This document shows, piece by piece, positions 17,644 to 25,769 of a DNA stretch of 64,000 nucleotides. Position numbers and translations under genes: made by a program. Source of the DNA: Puia sp. (lineage in GTDB: Bacteria > Bacteroidota > Bacteroidia > Chitinophagales > Chitinophagaceae); NCBI GenBank assembly GCA_035695565.1, contig DASRRX010000006.1, positions 55,459 to 119,458 on the forward strand. The letters are read 5' to 3'. Positions within the stretch are counted from its first letter, which is position 1. Every line of letters starts with the position of its first letter. The notes beneath the pieces were generated by a model. The model saw only the letters and a program-made list of their open reading frames with translations. It had not been told where the DNA came from and ran no database searches.

Positions 17644-17946
17644 ATGGGGCAACCGGCTGCAAGAATAACAGATATGCATACCTGCCCGATGTTCGATCCG
17701 GGAATACCGCCGATCCCACATGTAGGAGGGCCGGTGATCGGGCCCGGCGTGCCGACGGTGCTGATCGGCAAAATGCCGGCTTCGGTGGTGGGAGATATGG
17801 CTACCTGCGTAGGTCCGCCGGATACGATCCAGAAGGGGTCGATGACGGTCACGATCGGCGGTAAGCCGGCGGCAAGGATGGGTGACCCGACCGTGCATGG
17901 AGGCGTGGTGGTGGCGGGCTGTCCGACGGTGCTGATCGGGGGTTGA
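17644..17946 (+). CDS. PAAR spike-tip protein
   Basis: PAARITDMHTCP...PAARMGDPTVHGG...GCPTVLIGG; 100 aa, no extension. Confidence 0.97.
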   Translation: MGQPAARITDMHTCPMFDPGIPPIPHVGGPVIGPGVPTVLIGKMPASVVGDMATCVGPPDTIQKGSMTVTIGGKPAARMGDPTVHGGVVVAGCPTVLIGG

Positions 17947-17984
17947 GGGACAATAGTTGTACAGCACGAAAGAAATTTATGCGT

Positions 17985-18401
17985 ATGAGTGCAAACAGAC
18001 AGTCATTTCTGGGTACAGGTTGGGCGTTTCCGCCGTCTTTCGACCGGATGAATCATCGCGTCCGGCTGGTCTCCGACGTGGAGGATATCGCGGAGAGTAT
18101 CCGGATCATCCTGGCGACGATTCCGGGGGAGCGGGTTATGCAGCCGACATTCGGCTGTCCCTTGAACCGGCTTGTATTTGAAAAGGTCGACGCCGTGATG
18201 ATTGCGGAGATGAATCATATGATCCGGTTTGCGCTGCTGGAGTTCGAGCCGCGGATCAACTTCATTTCGGCGGATGTGCTGGACCGGGAGGATCTGGATG
18301 GCATTATCCACATCGCCCTACACTATTCAATCGTTATCACCAATACCCGGCATAATCTGGTCTTCCCTTTTTATTTATTAGGAGAAGGGACGAATCTATA
18401 A
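17985..18401 (+). CDS. Baseplate wedge gp25/GPW-like protein (Afp9)
   Basis: FLGTGWAFPPSF..DIAESIRIILATIPGERVMQPTFGC..FEPRI..NTRHNLVFPFY. Confidence 0.95.
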   Translation: MSANRQSFLGTGWAFPPSFDRMNHRVRLVSDVEDIAESIRIILATIPGERVMQPTFGCPLNRLVFEKVDAVMIAEMNHMIRFALLEFEPRINFISADVLDREDLDGIIHIALHYSIVITNTRHNLVFPFYLLGEGTNL

Positions 18402-18410
18402 AGAGCGCGT

Positions 18411-21400
18411 ATGAAGGATCAAATCATATCGGAAGGGAAGGACGGGCTCAGTCAGTCGGACCGGCTGCTGTGGATGCTCCTGCCCGGGCACGTCGCGATC
18501 GACAACCGGGATGCGGCGGCATTGATGCTGAGGGCTACGCGGCTCGCCGAGTATTTTATCTACTACAACTCCGCAAACGAAGCCGATGGGAACTGGCAGG
18601 ACTTTTTCCTGTCGGACTTCAATATCCTGATGCTGATGATCCCCGCGCTGGATTTTGGTCCGAGCATCCGGAGCTACGAGATGCAGGTGGCGCAATTGCG
18701 GCTTGCGCCGGATGAGGACAGTTTCCGCAGAGGAAGTCAGGGGCTGACGGACGCCGTCGCGGGGCTGGCGGACCTGCTGGTCAAGTTGATGGAGCGGCTT
18801 AATGCAGTTACTTTGCCGGCCGCTATCGTGGGCCGGATCAGTAAGATCCTTGGCAGCGTCCAGGATATCCGGAAGCTGGTCGTGGCCCTCAGGACAGCCG
18901 TCGAGGCGATCGAGACGCGGCAGGAGCAAACGAAATACCTCGTCGAGCAGCTTCACAATTGCTTCTCCAATCTGCTCATCCAATATAACAGGGTGCAGGA
19001 GATCGCCAATTATTATCGCCGGGATACGGATTGGTCAGCCGAAAAATACCCGCCACACCTGGCCCTGCTGATCACTTTTCTGCATTTGTACCGCCACGTC
19101 AGCGCACAGTTGAACGGGCTTACAAAGGCACACCTGAACATGTACTACCAGCAGATCCTTGGATTGCCTTCGTTGCCCGAAATCCCGGATCGGGTACACC
19201 TGCTATTTATACCGGAAGCCAATGCGGGCCATATTCACCTCCCGGCGGGCGAGATAATGCTGGCAGAGATACCGGGACAGGATGAGCCGCTAAGATACCA
19301 GTTGTCAATGGACCTCATCGTAACAAAAGCCGCCATTGCAATGATACGAACCTTGTTCACCGGTAGCCGCAGCATCTTCCCCGACGATGTTCCGGAGCAC
19401 CGGCTGATCCTGAATACGCAGCTTTATCAAGGCAGCTATTCCCCTGTATCGCCGGAGGCGTTGCTCAAGGGTAATGCCGCTACCTGCTGGCCTTTGTTCG
19501 GCGAGGACCAGGAGGAGCTGGCAATCGACCAGCGGACAATGAGTGACGCGGCGGTCGGGCTGCTCCTTGCGTCGCCGGTCTTCTATCTGCCGGAAGGGGC
19601 GCGGACAATCCGGATAACATTCCAGATGACGGCCTCTTCATTCATGACATTGAGCAGCTATATGACCCAGTTCGCGGAGGCTTCGCAGAAAACAGTGGAG
19701 GCTGCGCAACACGAGCTGCTGAGCAGGGTATTCGTCATCGAGGTAACGGTTGCCGGCGAATGGGCGGTGATTGAAAAATATTCAGTCCGGGCCCTGCAAG
19801 ACAACAATCTCGAAGTGTGCATGGAGCTTGGCGTCGGGGTAAAGCCGGTGACGGGATATCAACCGGGTATCCACGGGCCCGATCTGAAAACCTCATTGCC
19901 GGTAGTCAGGCTTCTTATCAATTCCGGAGCGCCGCATAACGGGTTATCCTTCTTTAGCGATCTGAAGATCGAGCGGGTTCATCTCCAATCGCAGGTCCGG
20001 CATTTCCGAAAGGTGAAGCTGCAAAACAGTATCGGAAACCTGTCGGCTGAAAGCGCATTTCAGCCATGGGGGCCGTTGCCGGCGGTCGGGTCCTATCTCG
20101 ATATAAAGAATACCAATGTCTTCAACCGGTATACTACGGACGTCGCTCTACGATTGGAATGGATGGACCTGCCAAAAGATCCGGGCGGGTTTGGGACCTG
20201 GTATGCCGGGTATGATGCAGGGATCACCGACGACTCATTCCGGATTGGCGTCAGTGCACTGGTCAATGGATCACAACAGCCGCCGGTCGCGCGGCAGCAG
20301 TCGTTCCAGCTATACACCCCAAATTCCGACGACATCGGCAGTGGTCCGGAGCCAGTCACTCTGCTGCAAGGCATCGATATGAAAAAACTGGACTTCACCA
20401 ATATGCCGTTACTGGGGAAAGAGGACGAGGAAGCGGAGGGATTCTTCCGCAACGGGGCGATCCGAATCGAGCTTTTGTCGCCGCCCGCGGCCTATGGGCA
20501 TACGCTGTTTCCCCGGCTCTTTCCGGAGGTGGCGATGTACAACGCCCGATGGTGGCATAAACGGCGGCCGCTACCCAATCAGCCTTACACCCCCCGGGCG
20601 AAGTCGGTCAGCGTCAATTACACGCTGCAATATGCGGAAGCGTTTAAGGATCCACAGGATACCAATGGAGGGCTGGAGCTGATCCATCAGTATCCCTTCG
20701 GTTTCCGGCGGGTCTATCCCGGCAGTGACCTGCGAATGATCAGGTTTCTTCCTGTCATCGATCCTGGCGGCCATGTTCATATCGGGCTGACCAATGCGGG
20801 GCGTGAAGAGGAGATCTCTCTTTTGTTCCAACTGGAGGAACGGAACTTTCATCCCACCCTCAATACCGGCGACACCGTCACCTGGAGCTATTTGCAGGAT
20901 GAAGAATGGGTGCCAATAGGTGCCTCGGGCATTCTTTCGGATATGACGAATAATTTCATCAACACCGGTATAGTGCGGTTGAAATTACCGGCGCGGATAC
21001 CGCTTGCGAATAGTACATGGCCGTCAGGGTTGTTCTGGCTCCGGGCATCGTTGAAAGGCACCGCCGACCTGAATTCGCGGGTGGTGGCGATATCGGCTCA
21101 GGCGGTCGTTGCGGAGCGGATGCCGGATCAGGGCAACACAGGGATTAGCGTTCCACCGGGCGCGATCAGCAATGGAATACGCAAGGTGCAAGGGCTAAAG
21201 CAGGTCGTGCAGCCTTTCGCATCGTACGGAGGCCGGCAGGCGGAGCAGGATGAAGCCTACTATATCCGCGTCAGCGAGCGATTGCGCCACAAACGGCGGC
21301 CGCTCACGGCGATGGATATCGAGCAACTCGTACTGGCGCGATTCCCTTCGATCGCCGTCGTCAAATGTATAGGAGCCGGCCATAGAAGCCATGGGATTTA

Positions 21401-22136
21401 TCCCGGTGTGGACCTGCGGGTGATCCTGATCCCACAAGAAGGAACGGACGGCAACTTCAACGCCGACCAACCGAAAGCGAACCTGGCGACGCTGAATGCG
21501 GTAAAGAATTTTCTGGCTGGATTCGCCTCTCCCTTTATCAATATCGAGATCGGCAATCCGGTCTATGAACGGGTAAAAATCGCCTGCCGGATCCGGCTGG
21601 CTAATCCGCTTAAGGATGATGTCCAGGGTTCGGAAGGCTATTATCTCAAACGGCTGGATGATGATATCCGGCGATATTTTTGCCCCTGGATCTTTTCCCC
21701 CGGCCTCGAGGTGAAGATCGGAACACGCATTTATCTTTCGGAGCTGATGACGCATATCCGCCGGCTGCCTTATATCGCCGAGGTAACGGGGTTCTCGGTA
21801 GTGCACTTCTTTTCCGTCAGGGACCGAACCACGGGCGAGTTGAAGAGTGCGGTGTTCGATTCAGCAGTGGACGGGCAGGATTATATCCAGGGATCGGTGC
21901 CTGAGGCCGTCCTTATCCCTTCGGACCATCATCTCATCCGGCTATTGACAAAGGGAGATTTTGTAGCGCCGGCGACATCAGGGATCGGCGATTTCTCGGT
22001 CGGCGATGAATTGCTGTTGTTTCATCGTCACCGGCGGCAGGTGCAACACGAAGGGTATGACGAGGAACCTGAAAGCCGGGAAGACCCGGATCAGCGTTTT
22101 GATCTGACTATTGATCCCAAAAAATATATAAGATGA
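18411..22136 (+). CDS. Large baseplate J/gp6-like protein (Afp11/Alg11)
   Basis: DGNWQDFF, PHLALLITFL, HLNMYYQQIL..PDRVHL, LFWLRAS, QPFASYGG..E...YYIRVSERLRHKRR; 1241 aa. Confidence 0.92.
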   Translation: MKDQIISEGKDGLSQSDRLLWMLLPGHVAIDNRDAAALMLRATRLAEYFIYYNSANEADGNWQDFFLSDFNILMLMIPALDFGPSIRSYEMQVAQLRLAPDEDSFRRGSQGLTDAVAGLADLLVKLMERLNAVTLPAAIVGRISKILGSVQDIRKLVVALRTAVEAIETRQEQTKYLVEQLHNCFSNLLIQYNRVQEIANYYRRDTDWSAEKYPPHLALLITFLHLYRHVSAQLNGLTKAHLNMYYQQILGLPSLPEIPDRVHLLFIPEANAGHIHLPAGEIMLAEIPGQDEPLRYQLSMDLIVTKAAIAMIRTLFTGSRSIFPDDVPEHRLILNTQLYQGSYSPVSPEALLKGNAATCWPLFGEDQEELAIDQRTMSDAAVGLLLASPVFYLPEGARTIRITFQMTASSFMTLSSYMTQFAEASQKTVEAAQHELLSRVFVIEVTVAGEWAVIEKYSVRALQDNNLEVCMELGVGVKPVTGYQPGIHGPDLKTSLPVVRLLINSGAPHNGLSFFSDLKIERVHLQSQVRHFRKVKLQNSIGNLSAESAFQPWGPLPAVGSYLDIKNTNVFNRYTTDVALRLEWMDLPKDPGGFGTWYAGYDAGITDDSFRIGVSALVNGSQQPPVARQQSFQLYTPNSDDIGSGPEPVTLLQGIDMKKLDFTNMPLLGKEDEEAEGFFRNGAIRIELLSPPAAYGHTLFPRLFPEVAMYNARWWHKRRPLPNQPYTPRAKSVSVNYTLQYAEAFKDPQDTNGGLELIHQYPFGFRRVYPGSDLRMIRFLPVIDPGGHVHIGLTNAGREEEISLLFQLEERNFHPTLNTGDTVTWSYLQDEEWVPIGASGILSDMTNNFINTGIVRLKLPARIPLANSTWPSGLFWLRASLKGTADLNSRVVAISAQAVVAERMPDQGNTGISVPPGAISNGIRKVQGLKQVVQPFASYGGRQAEQDEAYYIRVSERLRHKRRPLTAMDIEQLVLARFPSIAVVKCIGAGHRSHGIYPGVDLRVILIPQEGTDGNFNADQPKANLATLNAVKNFLAGFASPFINIEIGNPVYERVKIACRIRLANPLKDDVQGSEGYYLKRLDDDIRRYFCPWIFSPGLEVKIGTRIYLSELMTHIRRLPYIAEVTGFSVVHFFSVRDRTTGELKSAVFDSAVDGQDYIQGSVPEAVLIPSDHHLIRLLTKGDFVAPATSGIGDFSVGDELLLFHRHRRQVQHEGYDEEPESREDPDQRFDLTIDPKKYIR

Positions 22137-22921
22137 GCAATACAAATAATGGCAAGACACATGGTCGCGAGGAGTTGAAGAGGTTTTTCCGCAACGGCGG
22201 CCTGCCTTCCGAACAACACTTCTACTACCTGATCGATTCGATGGTGAACAAGGAGGACGATGGCTTTGCAAAAGACGAGGCCAATGGCCTGCATGTGAGC
22301 TCGGGAGGGCCGGCCGGGCGGCTCGTAACCTTCTATACCGGGATCGATGAAATGGAGCCTTTATTCTATATCGACCGGAACAGCAAGGAACTGCGGGGAT
22401 TGCAATTACATTATGCCGTCAAGCCGGAAAATATGAAGGAGGAAGAGAATTGTATCTATTTGCAGGAAGGGGGCAAATTGGGCATCGGATGTCAGGCGGG
22501 GAACCCGTTCAAGCTGGATGTGAAGGGGATGATCGGAATGGAAGGAAGGATGGGCACTTACCGTCACGTAGTGGAGTTGAACCCTAAGCCGGTGGTCGCG
22601 GACCGAAAATGGCACCCTATCTTATCGGGGCTTAATGGATGCCAGGCATTCGAAGTAGTCGCCCGCACGGGTGTACCGGGTTCGGGGCGCTTCTCGATCA
22701 TGCACGCGATCGCGGTAAAAGCCTATGGCCGCTCCTGGGGCAGGATCCGCAAGACCTGTTCCCACCACGGGTTCTTGTGGAACAGGCTGAACCTTCGATG
22801 GAGAGGCGGCACCCATAATTATAGACTGGAGATCAGGTCGAACAGCTATTTTGGCGACGACGTGCCGATCAATTATTCCATTACCCGGTTGTGGGACGAC
22901 GCGGAGGTGGACCATGGTTGA
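22133..22921 (+). CDS. Short tail-fibre/adhesin-like CIS protein
   Basis: N-terminal REELKRFFRNGGLPSEQHFYYLIDSMVN resembles fibre baseplate-attachment motifs. Followed by LGIG..P.FKLDVKG fibre-type repeat and a basic, Trp-rich C-terminus. Overlaps both neighbours. Confidence 0.55.
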   Translation: MSNTNNGKTHGREELKRFFRNGGLPSEQHFYYLIDSMVNKEDDGFAKDEANGLHVSSGGPAGRLVTFYTGIDEMEPLFYIDRNSKELRGLQLHYAVKPENMKEEENCIYLQEGGKLGIGCQAGNPFKLDVKGMIGMEGRMGTYRHVVELNPKPVVADRKWHPILSGLNGCQAFEVVARTGVPGSGRFSIMHAIAVKAYGRSWGRIRKTCSHHGFLWNRLNLRWRGGTHNYRLEIRSNSYFGDDVPINYSITRLWDDAEVDHG

Positions 22922-25766
22922 CTTTGCCTTTCTCCGGCAGCGGGGGATCGAGTTGTTGCAGCAGCTTTGCGGAGAGTCCTGGACCGATTACAATTTACAT
23001 GATCCGGGAGTGACGATCCTCGAAGCGTTGTGTTATGCGCTGACGGATCTGTCTTATCGAACGGAGTTTCCGATGGGTGATCTGCTGACGGATAAAGATG
23101 GCAAGATCCGGTTGCATGAGCAGGCGTTCCACACGCGGGATGAAATCCTTTCCTCGAATCCGGTCTCGGTGGCTGATTGCCGGAAGTTCATCCTGGACCA
23201 GGAGGACCGTCTGCACAATGTCTGGCTGAAGCCGTTCACTTCGGCTTTTTCGTATGGCACCATGCATGGACTATATGAGATAAAGGTGCAGGTGAAGAAA
23301 GACTGCTCGGACAAGCTTGGGCTTAAGGACGGAAAAGCCGGGGGCAAGGCCGACGAACAATGGGTGGCGGATCTGGGAAGGAAAGTAAGAGCGTATCATA
23401 TAGCTGCCAGGAATCTTGGTGAAGATATCATCCGGGAGGTCGAGGTGCTGCGGCCGATACCGATATGGATCAACGCCGAGGTAGCGATCACCGGGGAGCA
23501 GCCTGAGCTGATCCTGGCGCACATTTATCGCGATCTCGAGATGACGATCAATCCACCGACGCGGTATTATACAGAACAGGAGCTGTTGGAAAAGGGATAC
23601 CGGATGGACGAGATCCATGCCGGACCGAAGTTAAGTAAAGGTTATATCCCTGATGACGGCCTCCAGCCGCAAACAACGCATGTCGATCCGGCGGAGTTGA
23701 TGAAGGCGATCGCCCAGGTACCGGGGGTCTGGTATGTGCGAAGCCTCACATTATGCGACAGCGGGGACCACAAACCTTACCCGATCCCAGAGGACGGCTA
23801 CCCTTATTTCCTGGACGGACTGGAGGGATCGAAGATCCAGCTGTTGCGTGGTAAATACGATGTGAAGATCCAGCAGTCGGTATTCAAGGATATCTGGGGG
23901 CGGGTCAAAGAGGCTGCGAAACGGCGCATCGAGCCCGTGGTCGATCCGAATACCGCTTCGGGTGCCCGTTATGGAGAGTATCGGGATGTCGCCGAATATC
24001 AATCGGTACAGCACCTGTTCCCCGCTGTATATGGAATTGGAAATGATGGTCCCGGCGCAAACCCGTCGGAGTTACGAATGGCGCAGGTTCACCAGTTAAA
24101 AGGGTATCTGCTTTCCTTTGAGCAGGTCCTCGTCGACTATCTGGCGCAGCTGGGACACATCGGCGAATATTTTTCGGTGGCAAATAAGGGGCAGACCTAT
24201 TATACCCAACCTTTAAGTGATGTTCCGGGTATTGGAGACCTGATCAATAAAAAAGCCTATGAGGAAGCGCTGTCTACGGTGACGGAGACGGAGGAAGATT
24301 ATTTCACCCGCCGGAATGCGGTGTTGGATCATTTGCTCGCACGATTCAACGAGCGGCCTTCCGACTATCCGGTACGGTTGTACGGCCAGTTGTATGGGGA
24401 AGACAAACGTGGGGTGCTGGAATGGAAGTCCGGGCTGCTGCGCAATATCATCCAGCTTAGCCGGGACAGGGTGCGGGGTTTCAATTACCTGGGTAAGGAA
24501 GACCGGGGCGGCTTCGAGCAGCGGATGCGGGCATTGCTGTATATCCGGGACCGGGAGGGCGACGGTAAGCGGGACGGCGACGGCAATCGGGACGGCGGAA
24601 GGGCCAGGCTGACGGATGCCGTGGCTTCGGCTATGCAGATGCGGCAGGAAGAGGTTGTGGGTACCGGGGATTCGAGCAACGAGGATAATGCGGTTGAGAC
24701 TGAAAATCAAAATTGGGTGTGCGTTGTGGATGGGGATACGATGCGGCAGCGGATGAGTGGAGGCGCAAGCCGGCCGCCGCCGGAGGCGGCGGCGACCTTC
24801 GGCCATCGGGGAATGGGCTTCTTCCGGCATGGATTGAATATCGCCAATTATACTGTCGGTCCGGACATTTACGGTTCGGGGTGGCTGATCCTGTTTAAAG
24901 AACCCGGGGATGATAATTGGCAGGTGATCGGCCGGCATGCGGATGAGCGGGCGGCGGTTGAGGGATTGCAGGGGTTAATAGAGGTAATGCGGGAGATGAG
25001 CAAACGATCGGAGGGATTCTATGCGGTGGAGAATGTTTTATTGCGACCGGCGGTGCTGTCGAAGTCGTTTGGCTTTCGGTTTCGGTCGACGGAAAAGGAA
25101 GTGGTGATGCAGCATGCGGAATGGATGAGTTTTACGGGCCGGAATGAGGTGTTGAAGCAGATCATGGAGGCGGCGAAGAAGGGGCCGGAGGATGAGGATA
25201 GGATGGCGGGGGGCGCGGCGGCGGGTGAGGGCGCGGCGGCGGACAGCGAAGATGAGGAGGCGATCTCGAGGTGGGGAAAGCGGGCTCTTGGCGGGAAATG
25301 CCGGATCCTGCTTACGCGTCATAAAGAATTCGGGTTCCTGAGCGACCCTGCCGACCTGGAGCCATGGATCTTTGCTGAGGCGGCGCCGGACTTCGCTCAT
25401 ATCCGGCAACAACTCCTGTTGTTCAAAAGCCATGACCTGGATCGCTATCCACGCTTCGAGATGCTGGTGAAAGGGCTGGGCGACGACAGCGTTCGCGAGG
25501 AGTTCTACAACTTCAGCATGACGGTGCTGTTGCCGGCGTGGCCGGCACGATTCCAGAACCTGAATTTCAGGACCTTTGTCATGGATGTGTTCCGGCAGCA
25601 GACGCCGGCGCATATCCGGCTATATTTTCAGTGGCTGAATATCACGCGAATGAAGGAATTCGAAGAGATATATCCTCATTGGATCGAGGCAATGAAGGAC
25701 CAGGATAATCCGGGGCCGCGAAGTTACTGGTCGGACCGGCTGGTCCATTTTATCAGACGACACTAA
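22914..25766 (+). CDS. Second baseplate protein (Afp12/Alg12-like)
   Basis: WTDYNLHDPGVTILEALCYALTDLSYR, ARNLGED, QLKGYLLSFEQVL, RRNAVLDHLLARF, EGFYAVENVLLRP, FRQQTPAH; ATG 22914. Confidence 0.92.
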   Translation: MVDFAFLRQRGIELLQQLCGESWTDYNLHDPGVTILEALCYALTDLSYRTEFPMGDLLTDKDGKIRLHEQAFHTRDEILSSNPVSVADCRKFILDQEDRLHNVWLKPFTSAFSYGTMHGLYEIKVQVKKDCSDKLGLKDGKAGGKADEQWVADLGRKVRAYHIAARNLGEDIIREVEVLRPIPIWINAEVAITGEQPELILAHIYRDLEMTINPPTRYYTEQELLEKGYRMDEIHAGPKLSKGYIPDDGLQPQTTHVDPAELMKAIAQVPGVWYVRSLTLCDSGDHKPYPIPEDGYPYFLDGLEGSKIQLLRGKYDVKIQQSVFKDIWGRVKEAAKRRIEPVVDPNTASGARYGEYRDVAEYQSVQHLFPAVYGIGNDGPGANPSELRMAQVHQLKGYLLSFEQVLVDYLAQLGHIGEYFSVANKGQTYYTQPLSDVPGIGDLINKKAYEEALSTVTETEEDYFTRRNAVLDHLLARFNERPSDYPVRLYGQLYGEDKRGVLEWKSGLLRNIIQLSRDRVRGFNYLGKEDRGGFEQRMRALLYIRDREGDGKRDGDGNRDGGRARLTDAVASAMQMRQEEVVGTGDSSNEDNAVETENQNWVCVVDGDTMRQRMSGGASRPPPEAAATFGHRGMGFFRHGLNIANYTVGPDIYGSGWLILFKEPGDDNWQVIGRHADERAAVEGLQGLIEVMREMSKRSEGFYAVENVLLRPAVLSKSFGFRFRSTEKEVVMQHAEWMSFTGRNEVLKQIMEAAKKGPEDEDRMAGGAAAGEGAAADSEDEEAISRWGKRALGGKCRILLTRHKEFGFLSDPADLEPWIFAEAAPDFAHIRQQLLLFKSHDLDRYPRFEMLVKGLGDDSVREEFYNFSMTVLLPAWPARFQNLNFRTFVMDVFRQQTPAHIRLYFQWLNITRMKEFEEIYPHWIEAMKDQDNPGPRSYWSDRLVHFIRRH

Positions 25767-25769
25767 AAA

